A DNA stretch of 63,090 nt, counting the filler. It is 7 parts of 7 records of this genome, joined end to end, with 100 filler letters (N's around TTAATTAATTAA, not from the genome) between each part and the next. Parts side by side here need not be neighbours in the genome. Positions count along the whole stretch, not along the records: positions 21,950 to 30,200 come from SRR31156797_31247; positions 30,301 to 44,026 come from SRR31156797_31248; 5 more parts are not named here. One strand, written 5' to 3'. Below are positions 26,541-35,153 of the stretch, one piece after another. A program made the translations under genes and the position numbers. The notes under the pieces were generated by a model, which was given only the letters and a program-made list of their open reading frames with translations, searched no databases and had not been told where the DNA came from. How positions within the stretch are numbered: position 1 is the first letter of the stretch; each line of letters starts with the position of its first letter.

Positions 26541-27830
26541 TTACCACTGAATATCTACGGATGATTTCAATCGATTTGTCCAAGACTTATTTTTTTCCGA
26601 AACATAGAAATGGCCTACGCTGGGTCTGTAAACGCTTACTTCCTGTTTTTTGTCTCCGTCAAAATCAATAGGTAATGGTAAATCACCATTTACGCCCCAC
26701 TGAATTACTTTTCTGTTTTTATCTTCATCGCCGGTATAAGACTCGTTATTTAAACTTATGTGCCATTCTCCAGTACTGGGTCTCCAAATGGCTACTTCTA
26801 ATTTTCCATCTCCATTGGAGTCAATAGGTCGAGGAATATCATTGTTGGTACCCCATTGGATAGTCCAGAATTCTTTGTTTTCTGCTGAAGAGGAGCTATT
26901 ATCCAGTGATATATACCAGCTTCCGATAGAGCCGGGACGGTAGGTAGCAATATTGGTTTTGCCATCACCATTATAATCGCCAGGCACGGGAATATCTTTC
27001 TCGCCTCCCCACTGTATGGTTTCAATTGTATTGTCATCTTCAGAAAAAGGGTGGTTGTCCATAGAGATTATCCAGTTTCCTAAATATGGTCGCCATACAG
27101 CTATTTCTATTTGTCCATCACCATCGTAATCACCAGGAACAGGTATATCACCCCATTGACCAAAATGAATAGCCCTGTAATTTTGTGCATCGGAGTTAAA
27201 TGATTGATTATCCAGCGAAATATACCATACGCCTTCTGAGGGACGCCAAACAGCCATTTCATCTTTACCATCTCCATTATAATCGCCCGGAACAGGAATA
27301 TCTCCTTTAGTTCCAAACTGACTTATAATACATTCGTCTCCTTTAGAATTCCAGGGTTTGTTGGCTGTAGAAATATACCAATAGCCATTCTCAGGTCGCC
27401 ATATCGCCACTTCCTCTATTCCATCTCCGTCGTAATCTGCTGGAACAGGTATATTGGCATTAACGCTTAATGGAAGGGCTAATGAGCAAATAAGTAGTTC
27501 CTTGGCCAATGTGTTTTTCTTAAAAAAGAATAAGAAAAAAGGAACAAAAGCTGCTATTAGAGGAACATAAAAGTACTTGGTCAATACTGACTTTACTCTT
27601 CCTGAAGCACTTGGTTTAATTTCAGGTTCATCATGAGTATTTCTTAACTGGTTCATTGGTACACCTAGTACTTCTGCTATGCGTTTCATTGAATCACCTC
27701 TTGGAACTGTTTCCTGGTTTTCTATTCTCTGAACGGTTCTTAAACTTAAGCCACTTTGTTCCGATAATTTTTCCTGTGATAAGCCTTTTAATTCTCTTAG
27801 CTGTTTAATCTTCTCTGCGTGAATTGTCAT
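26541..27830 (-). CDS. XRE-family HTH + membrane segment + six FG-GAP/VCBS-like repeats
   Basis: IKQLRELKGLSQEKLSEQSGLSLRTVQRIE; TM YFYVPLIAAFVPFFLFFF; six DIPVPGDY.GDG...AVWRP..G.W.IS repeats. Confidence 0.85.
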   Translation of the reverse strand: MTIHAEKIKQLRELKGLSQEKLSEQSGLSLRTVQRIENQETVPRGDSMKRIAEVLGVPMNQLRNTHDEPEIKPSASGRVKSVLTKYFYVPLIAAFVPFFLFFFKKNTLAKELLICSLALPLSVNANIPVPADYDGDGIEEVAIWRPENGYWYISTANKPWNSKGDECIISQFGTKGDIPVPGDYNGDGKDEMAVWRPSEGVWYISLDNQSFNSDAQNYRAIHFGQWGDIPVPGDYDGDGQIEIAVWRPYLGNWIISMDNHPFSEDDNTIETIQWGGEKDIPVPGDYNGDGKTNIATYRPGSIGSWYISLDNSSSSAENKEFWTIQWGTNNDIPRPIDSNGDGKLEVAIWRPSTGEWHISLNNESYTGDEDKNRKVIQWGVNGDLPLPIDFDGDKKQEVSVYRPSVGHFYVSEKNKSWTNRLKSSVDIQW

Positions 27831-27856
27831 AATATTATTTTAAGGTTTGCTTTGTT

Positions 27857-27939
27857 CAAAGGTATCATTTTAGCCATGTAGAATATAACAATTGCTTACG
27901 TCATTTTTACGTCATTTCAATGAAAGTACCGGATGACGT
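27857..27939 (-). promoter_or_regulatory. Bacteroidota -7 promoter element plus tandem 11-bp direct repeat operator
   Basis: TACCTTTG (TAnnTTTG) on the minus strand at 27857-27864; TTACGTCATTT twice at 27896-27917; inverted ATGACGT at 27933-27939. Confidence 0.6.
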
Positions 27940-27999
27940 GGGAAAGGAGAGGAGCATGGGCATCGATGGAAGATAGTAATTTATAAAGTATTCTTAAGA

Positions 28000-28638
28000 T
28001 TATAATCCATCAGCAAACATAGCATTTACAATTTTACAGTGGTTTATTAAATCTTCTCTACAAGTATATTCGTGCGTGTAGTTAATACCAAATGGCCAAA
28101 AATGCTGATGGTCTTTATATAAATGAACTGATGAGTCTCCTTTTATTTCTCTTAATACTTTGGTTGCGTTAACCCCATTGTATATTGAGCATTTTATAGA
28201 ATCGTTATATGCACCTAAGGATGACCATTTGTAACTGGTTCCTACTCCAAGTGTATGTGAGATCTCATGAATAGCGGTGCCTGTGTTCATAAAAGTACGA
28301 TTAGGGCCGAATCTTATATTTCCGTTAATATTTCCATCAGCCCTAACCGAAGGATCATTCACATAATAAACCGTAATGTGTTTGGTGATATTAGTGTATT
28401 GATTGTAGATGTTAACAGCAGAATCCATAATAAAGGTGATGCGTTTGTAGGCTTCCATTTCATCACTATTGGGGTTTTTAGATTTTACAAGTGTATAGCT
28501 TATACTATCTGCAGGGTAGGAATTCTGGCTTGTGTGATCTTTTTTTAAGAAGAACTTGTGACAACACGAAGTATGGTTTAATAGTACAAATACACTAAGA
28601 ATAAGTGTAATAAATAGAAATTGTATTCTTTTAATCAT
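28000..28638 (-). CDS. Putative lipoprotein with an HExxH zincin-like motif
   Basis: Signal peptide ending in TSC; AIHEISHTLGVG and HFWPFG motifs. Confidence 0.6.
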   Translation of the reverse strand: MIKRIQFLFITLILSVFVLLNHTSCCHKFFLKKDHTSQNSYPADSISYTLVKSKNPNSDEMEAYKRITFIMDSAVNIYNQYTNITKHITVYYVNDPSVRADGNINGNIRFGPNRTFMNTGTAIHEISHTLGVGTSYKWSSLGAYNDSIKCSIYNGVNATKVLREIKGDSSVHLYKDHQHFWPFGINYTHEYTCREDLINHCKIVNAMFADGL

Positions 28639-28775
28639 GATTATAATTGTTTTATGTATGTGCTTATGACGGGTTAATGACCGAATAGTTACAGGAGATA
28701 GAATAAAAAGAACTTTATTGTAAGCTGCATGAATGGTATCTGGGGTATCACTTTCTTTTTAGGAACTGCACGACA

Positions 28776-29239
28776 TCATTTATCCAGATCTTCAAATATA
28801 AATTGGTTCTTAAACTCAATTTCATACTTATTTAGAAAACCAATATATTCTTCTCTAAAACTTTTTTGTTGATGATGATTTTTTTGGTTGGCAATATATT
28901 GACAGACCTTATCTAATTGCGAATGACTATAAGAGAACGCGCCAAAACCCTCTTGCCATTTAAACTTGTATTTACAAAAGCGATTATGAATTACAAAATT
29001 CGTAGAAGCTTTCTTTATTTCACGTACTAGGTCTGATAAATTACAATTTGGCTTCATCCCAATAAGAAAATGTATATGATTTTCTGTTCCATAATGGCGA
29101 TTAATTTCTGTCCTTGATTATTAATAATGCCGGAAATATATTTATGTAGTTCTGGTTCCCATTTAGGATTAATGGACGCTTCTCTGTTTTGAATAGCGAA
29201 TATTATTTGGATATAAATCTGAGAATATGTATCTGCCAT
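28776..29239 (-). pseudogene. tnpA: IS200/IS605-family Y1 (TnpA/RAYT-like) transposase with a 1-nt frameshift near 29092
   Basis: MADTYSQIYIQIIFAI... Restoring one A gives AINGTENHIHFLIGMKP (HUH motif), then IKKAS, FKWQEGFGAFS and YIANQ (catalytic Tyr). Confidence 0.85.
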
Positions 29240-29294
29240 GCCTGTAGGTATTTTATTAATAAAATTATTCAATTTAACGCTTTTTGTGGTAAAG

Positions 29295-29511
29295 TTCGAC
29301 TCCTCCGGAGTCGCAATAAACCGAAACATCTATGTTCTATAAATATATCATCCCTCCAGGGTGAATCATGATAACATTTTGTTGTTTATGATAGATGTTT
29401 TTAACCTGTTCTATTAAAATTTCTATTTGTGTAGTTTATATGATACTAGCGGTATCAAATATCTATAGAAATGAATGGAGAAAAGGGTGTAACGACTCCG
29501 GAGGAGTCGAA
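29295..29511. repeat. REP/REPIN-like inverted repeat pair beside the Y1 transposase
   Basis: TTCGACTCCTCCGGAGTCG (29295-29313) is the exact reverse complement of CGACTCCGGAGGAGTCGAA (29493-29511). An inner pair TTCTATAAATAT / ATATCTATAGAA lies between them. Confidence 0.75.
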
Positions 29512-29608
29512 TATGTATTATTACTTTTATTACCAAGTTTCTTCGATCTTGCATTCCTCAATTAATTCTATATTTTTGCATGCTTAATACTTACTAACGC
29601 TATATATT

Positions 29609-30163
29609 ATGATCAAATTAATTTTATCAACTGTATTTATTATTCTCTTTTTTTCGATAAGTATTCGAGCACAAGAACCTACTGATTCTATAACAAAGCC
29701 TCATTTAGGAGAAACCATTTCAGCCGGCATTGGAATTGGACAAACATATGGAGGTATAGGTGGTAACCTTTCAATCTTTCCTCAAAGAAATATTGGTGTT
29801 TTCGTGGGAGTAGGTTATGCTTTAGCTGATTTGGGTCATAATTTAGGATTAAAACTGCGTTTCTTTCCTAAAAAGGATACTAAAGCAAATATGTATCTGA
29901 TTGGGATGTATGGTTATAATGCTGCTGTTAAGGTTTCAGGTGCAAGTGATTATAATAAAATGTTTTATGGGAAAACATTTGGGTGGGGTATTGATTTTGG
30001 TAGAAAACCTAACAAACATAGCTATTGGAGTTTTGCAATGTTATTTCCATTTCGCGATGCAGAGGTTCAAGATTATATGGATGATCTGGAAGATAATCAT
30101 GGAGTAGAGTTTAAGCGTGAATTGTTTCCGTTTACTTTTTCCATTGGGTTACATTTTAGATAA
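29609..30163 (+). CDS. Secreted hypothetical protein, probable small outer-membrane beta-barrel
   Basis: Signal peptide, alternating Gly/aromatic strands, C-terminal FSIGLHFR; upstream TATTTTTG. Confidence 0.6.
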   Translation: MIKLILSTVFIILFFSISIRAQEPTDSITKPHLGETISAGIGIGQTYGGIGGNLSIFPQRNIGVFVGVGYALADLGHNLGLKLRFFPKKDTKANMYLIGMYGYNAAVKVSGASDYNKMFYGKTFGWGIDFGRKPNKHSYWSFAMLFPFRDAEVQDYMDDLEDNHGVEFKRELFPFTFSIGLHFR

Positions 30164-30200
30164 TAAGATATTGACTAGTCCTAAATAACCGTTACAGATT

Positions 30201-30300
30201 NNNNNNNNNNNNNNNNNNNNNNNNNNNNNNNNNNNNNNNNNNNNTTAATTAATTAANNNNNNNNNNNNNNNNNNNNNNNNNNNNNNNNNNNNNNNNNNNN
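30201..30300. other. Artificial contig linker
   Basis: 44 N + TTAATTAATTAA + 44 N. Confidence 0.98.
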
Positions 30301-31633
30301 TGCTGCATTAATTGCATCCGCAGATTCTCAATTTGGTGAGAAAAATTACACCAATGCAAAAGCTAAATATCGCGAAGCATTAAGCTTAAAGTCAAATGAA
30401 TCATATCCAAAATCACAAATATCGAAAATTGATGAATTACTTGCAGAATTACAAAGACAGGCGGATGAGGAAGTTAAATTATTGGCTGAACAAAAAGCAA
30501 ATGATGCGAAGTATTTGTCTTTAATTAATTCGGCAGATAAATTCTTTGAGTCGGAGAGATGGCAATCATCAGCAGAGGATTATCGTGGTGCTCTGAAGTT
30601 AAAACCTGAGGAAACTTATCCAAAAGAAAGATTAGAGGAGATTGATGAAATTCTTGCTGAAATTGAGAGAAAAAACAAAGAAAAACTAACCCGTAAATAT
30701 CAGTACGAAGAACTTATTAAAGAGGCTGATGAAAGGTTTACTAGTGAAGAATATAGTTTAGCAGTTGCCAAATATGAGGAAGCCTTAAATTTAAAACCAA
30801 AAGAATCTTATCCGGTAAAGCAAATTAAAAAGATTGAGGTGATTTTGGAACGATTGGCACTTGCAGAAAGAAAACAGAAGGAATTAGATCAAAAATATAG
30901 TGAGGAATTAGAAAAGGCAGAAGAATTTTTCAGTGATGAGAAATTTAGTGTTGCTCGTCATCATTATAAAGCGGCTCTTGATATTAAGCCTAAAGAAGAA
31001 TACCCGAAGGAGAAATTAGCAGAAATTAAGAAGAGATTAGAAGCTTTAAAAATAGCTGAACAGGAAGCAATTGCTAATAACCCAACGAATTTTGAGAATA
31101 AACTTTCTATTAAAAAGGAACGTGAATATGCCAATATTATAGCTAAAGGAGACGAATCATTTAAATCAAATCAGTATACAGTTGCTAAGGTAATGTACGA
31201 AAGAGCATTGAATTTATTTGACAGAGAGTATCCTAAAAAGCAGTTGAAGGAGATCAAAAAACTGATTCGAGATGGGAAGTATTCTATTCTTTCCGAAGAA
31301 TACAGAAAATTGATTGCACAAGGAGATAAGGAGTTGGCTGCGAATCATTATTCGGTTGCTAAATTTTATTATAAGAAAGCAATACGTTTGAATTCGTCAG
31401 AGAAATATCCAAAAACTCAACTTGCTAAGATTGATGAATTGGTGAATTCAAAAAAGAATCAGAAAATCGATAAAGAGTACAATGAATTAATTGATAAAGC
31501 TGATGATGCTTTTGATAAAGGAAGTTTAACGGTAGCGAGATTTTATTATCAAAAAGCATCGAAATTGAAGTCAAATGAAAAATATCCAAAAGAAAAACTG
31601 AAAATGATTCAAACTAAGCAAAGCAAAAGGTAA
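30301..31633 (+). CDS. TPR-like helical repeat protein, 5'-truncated
   Basis: Frame open from the contig edge; repeated Y..LI..AD..F....Y..A...Y..AL.LK..E.YPK..L..I units. Confidence 0.8.
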
Positions 31634-31664
31634 TTTTGCATTATACATCCTATCAAAATACACT

Positions 31665-32897
31665 ATGGCTTTAAACTATCTTTTTATTTTCTTTTTCCTG
31701 ATTGCATTTGTAGTGGGTTTAATCAAACTCATTTTCTGGGGAGACATGGATGTGTTTCCAGCGATGATTGATTCCACTTTTAACATGGCAAAAACAGGTT
31801 TTGACATTTCCCTGGGGCTAACAGGTGTTTTGACGTTATGGTTGGGTATCATGAAAATTGGTGAGAAGGGTGGAATTATAAAGGTATTTTCCCGATTAAT
31901 AGGACCATTTTTTAACAAGTTATTTCCCGAACTGCCAAAGGGGCATCCGGCTCATGGTTCTATAATGATGAATTTGGCAGCAAATATGCTTGGATTAGAT
32001 AATGCTGCAACTCCACTAGGTTTAAAGGCCATGAAAGAGATGCACGAGGTTAATCCAACAAAGGATAGGGCTTCTAATGCACAAATCATGTTTTTGGTAT
32101 TGAATACCTCAGGCTTAACAATTATTCCAATCTCAATTATGGTTTATCGAGCTCAATTAGGAGCAGTAAATCCATCAGATATTTTTATTCCCATTTTGTT
32201 GGCAACCTATTTTTCAACCATTGCCGGATTAATAAGTGTTTCTATTGTTCAGAAAATAAAACTCTGGGATAAGGTAATATTAGCCTATTTGGGTGGATTA
32301 ACTGCTTTTATCATTGCATTGATTGCCTATTTTTCAAGCCTTGAAAAAGAGCAGATCACCACAATATCTACAGTGGTAAGTAATGTCTTTTTGTTTTCCA
32401 TTATTATATCATTCATTTTATTAGCGGTTCGTAAAAAAGTGAATGTCTACGAAAGTTTTATCGATGGAGCAAAAGAAGGATTTAATATTGCGGTTAAAAT
32501 TATACCATATTTGATTGCAATATTGGTGGCTATTGGAGTATTCAGGGCTTCAGGAACTATGGATTTATTGGTTGAAGGAATGAGACAGTTGTGTATTTTT
32601 CTTTCGGTAGATCCTGATTTTGTAGAAGCCTTACCAACTGCAATGATGAAACCATTAAGTGGGAGTGGTGCTCGTGGAATGATGGTGGATGCAATGCAGA
32701 CACATGGAGCTGATAGTTTTGTTGGAAAATTGGCATCGACTTTACAAGGAGCTACTGATACTACATTTTATATTATTGCAGTGTACTTTGGAGCTGTAGG
32801 TATTAAGAATACCAGATATGCAGTTACATGTGGATTAATTGCTGATTTTGCAGGTATAATTGCTGCAATAGCAATTGCCTACCTTTTCTTTCATTAA
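31665..32897 (+). CDS. SpmA/SpmB fused nucleoside-recognition (Gate) membrane protein
   Basis: ANMLGLDNAATPLGLKAM, KPLSGSGARG and TDTTFY. Confidence 0.88.
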   Translation: MALNYLFIFFFLIAFVVGLIKLIFWGDMDVFPAMIDSTFNMAKTGFDISLGLTGVLTLWLGIMKIGEKGGIIKVFSRLIGPFFNKLFPELPKGHPAHGSIMMNLAANMLGLDNAATPLGLKAMKEMHEVNPTKDRASNAQIMFLVLNTSGLTIIPISIMVYRAQLGAVNPSDIFIPILLATYFSTIAGLISVSIVQKIKLWDKVILAYLGGLTAFIIALIAYFSSLEKEQITTISTVVSNVFLFSIIISFILLAVRKKVNVYESFIDGAKEGFNIAVKIIPYLIAILVAIGVFRASGTMDLLVEGMRQLCIFLSVDPDFVEALPTAMMKPLSGSGARGMMVDAMQTHGADSFVGKLASTLQGATDTTFYIIAVYFGAVGIKNTRYAVTCGLIADFAGIIAAIAIAYLFFH

Positions 32898-32939
32898 AGA
32901 AGGATTTGCCTTACATTTGTCATCCTTAAAATTACGGAT

Positions 32940-33146
32940 ATGATAAAGTTTAAAATTGAAACAGAATATATTGAGTTGATAAAATTATTGAAAGCAACTC
33001 ATGTTAGTGAAAGTGGTGCTCAGGCAAAAATATTTGTAGAGGATGGTATTGTTGTTCGAAATGGAGAAGTTGAAACCAGAAAAAGAGCAAAAATCCGTCC
33101 AGGAGATAAAATTGAAATTTTCGATGAGGTGATTATCGTAGAATGA
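32940..33146 (+). CDS. S4-domain RNA-binding protein (YbcJ-like)
   Basis: YIELIKLLK...SGAQAK...VVRNGEVETRKRAKI.PGD. Confidence 0.9.
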   Translation: MIKFKIETEYIELIKLLKATHVSESGAQAKIFVEDGIVVRNGEVETRKRAKIRPGDKIEIFDEVIIVE

Positions 33147-33164
33147 TATACTCTAAAAACATAG

Positions 33165-33204
33165 AAAAAGCGCAAATACATTCTTGTATTTGCGCTTTCT
33201 TTTT
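33165..33204. terminator. Bidirectional terminator
   Basis: AAAAAGCGCAAATACA-TTCT-TGTATTTGCGCTTTCTTTTT between convergent genes. Confidence 0.85.
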
Positions 33205-33238
33205 AGCCAAGGATGAATGATTTTCAGCTAAAAATCTA

Positions 33239-33622
33239 TTAATAAAATTCTAAGAAGTTTTTCATCGAACCTAGGTAATACTCTTCCCAGCCTTCAACAA
33301 TTTCTTCGTAAGCTTCATCTGGAATATTGGTGTGAACAAGTTCTATTTTAGTAGCATTTCCTGCCTTTTTAAGAACAATTGTAACTATTGATGGATGTTC
33401 TGTTTCACCAAAAAACCATTCCTGAACAATCTTATAATCTTTCACAATTTCAAGGTTACAACCGGTAATATCACCTTCCCACAAAGAGAATACTGTTCCA
33501 ACTTTGTCATCCATCACGGCAGGATATCCTGTCCAAAGTTCTATTTGAAATGAATTGGTAAAGGCATTAAATACCTCTTCCTGGCTTGCGCTGATATTAA
33601 AATTACAATTGAATTCTTTCAT
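33239..33622 (-). CDS. SRPBCC/AHSA1-like domain protein
   Basis: EVFNAFT, FSLWEGDITG, KIVQEW and GWEEYY. Confidence 0.85.
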   Translation of the reverse strand: MKEFNCNFNISASQEEVFNAFTNSFQIELWTGYPAVMDDKVGTVFSLWEGDITGCNLEIVKDYKIVQEWFFGETEHPSIVTIVLKKAGNATKIELVHTNIPDEAYEEIVEGWEEYYLGSMKNFLEFY

Positions 33623-33846
33623 GGTATAAATAGGATTTTCAGCCTCAAAATTAGCTCGAATTATTTAGAAATCGATAACTTTTTTCAAATGAAATTGTTT
33701 CCTATAAAGGAAATCAATTAACCTATAAAAAATTGCAATGTCGAGATAGCAAAATATTCTAAGTTAAATCAGTCTAAATAAGAATTAATTTTTATATTTG
33801 TATCGATACATTTAAATATGAGTATAAATATTAAACTATAAGTTAT

Positions 33847-35151
33847 ATGTCTAGCTTTGAAATCCTAATGCCAAAATTGGGCGAGAGTGTACAAGAGGCT
33901 ACTATCACGAAGATGTTCGTGAAGTTGAATGATCAGGTGGAAGAGGATGATATGCTTTTTGAAATTGCAACCGATAAAGTGGATTCTGAAATACCTTGTC
34001 CGGTAGATGGGAAAGTAATTGAAATCAGATTTAAGGAAGATGATGTTGTTCCAGTTGGAGAAGTGGTTGCAATAATTGCCTTAGGAGATGCCGATGATGT
34101 TGAAGAGTCTGTTGTTGAAGAAAGCGTTGCCCCAAAAGAAGAAGTAGTAGAACAAGTCGCAGGTTCTGTCGGTGCCTCAACAGAGAGCTATCAATCAGAT
34201 CGTTTTTATTCTCCATTGGTTAAGAGTATAGCATCTAGCGAGAATATATCTGTTCAGGAACTGGATTCAATTCAAGGTCATGGCAAGGATGGGAGAGTTC
34301 AAAAGCAAGATATTTTGAATTATATAGCTCAGAGAAATGGTTCTGCCGTGAGCACATCAGCTAAAGTTGCAAGCCCGGAAGTTTCTGCTCCAAAAACAAG
34401 TAAAACAGAAGAGAAACCAAAAGTATCTGCGTCAATTGGTGCTCAAGATACTATTGTAGAAATGGATCGCATGAGAAGAATTATTGCGGATCATATGGTA
34501 ATGTCGAAGCAAACCTCGCCTCACGTTACTGCCATGGTCGAAGCCGATGTTACTGACATGGTGAATTGGAGAAATAAGGTTAAGGATGAATTCTTGAAAA
34601 AGGAGAAAACCAAGCTGACCTTTATGCCAATCATTATTGAAGCAGTTGCCAAATCTCTTCGTGAATTCCCAGGTGTGAATGCTTCTGTTGATGGATATAA
34701 TATCATTCTTAAAAAAGATATAAATATTGGAGTAGCGGTTGCTTTGCCAAGTAACAATCTAATTGTGCCGGTTGTAAAAAATGCCGATCACAAAAATCTA
34801 ATAGGATTGGCTAATGATATGAATCAAATGGCTGATAATGCAAGAAATAACAAATTAAGTCCTGATGATATCCAGGGAGGAACTTTCACGATTTCCAACT
34901 TTGGTTCTTTCAAGAATGTAATGGGAACACCTATCATTAATCAACCTCAGGTAGCTATTTTGGCTGTTGGCACAATTGAAAAGAAGCCAGCAGTATTGGA
35001 AACAGCAGCTGGCGATGTAATTGTAGCACGTCAGAAAATGTTCCTTTCTCTTTCATACGATCACAGAGTGGTTGATGGAGCTTTAGGTGGAGCATTCCTT
35101 AGAAAAATAGCAGATTACCTTGAAGAATTTGATATCAACAGATCGATTTAA
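33847..35151 (+). CDS. 2-oxoacid dehydrogenase E2 (dihydrolipoamide acyltransferase)
   Basis: Lipoyl TDKV, E3-binding YSPLV...G.DGRV.K.D, GGTFTISNFG and SYDHRVVDG. Confidence 0.95.
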   Translation: MSSFEILMPKLGESVQEATITKMFVKLNDQVEEDDMLFEIATDKVDSEIPCPVDGKVIEIRFKEDDVVPVGEVVAIIALGDADDVEESVVEESVAPKEEVVEQVAGSVGASTESYQSDRFYSPLVKSIASSENISVQELDSIQGHGKDGRVQKQDILNYIAQRNGSAVSTSAKVASPEVSAPKTSKTEEKPKVSASIGAQDTIVEMDRMRRIIADHMVMSKQTSPHVTAMVEADVTDMVNWRNKVKDEFLKKEKTKLTFMPIIIEAVAKSLREFPGVNASVDGYNIILKKDINIGVAVALPSNNLIVPVVKNADHKNLIGLANDMNQMADNARNNKLSPDDIQGGTFTISNFGSFKNVMGTPIINQPQVAILAVGTIEKKPAVLETAAGDVIVARQKMFLSLSYDHRVVDGALGGAFLRKIADYLEEFDINRSI

Positions 35152-35153
35152 TT

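Noticed and set aside
29054-29100. Programmed frameshift in tnpA
   Set aside because: There is no slippery run at the break. A single-base deletion or sequencing error explains it.
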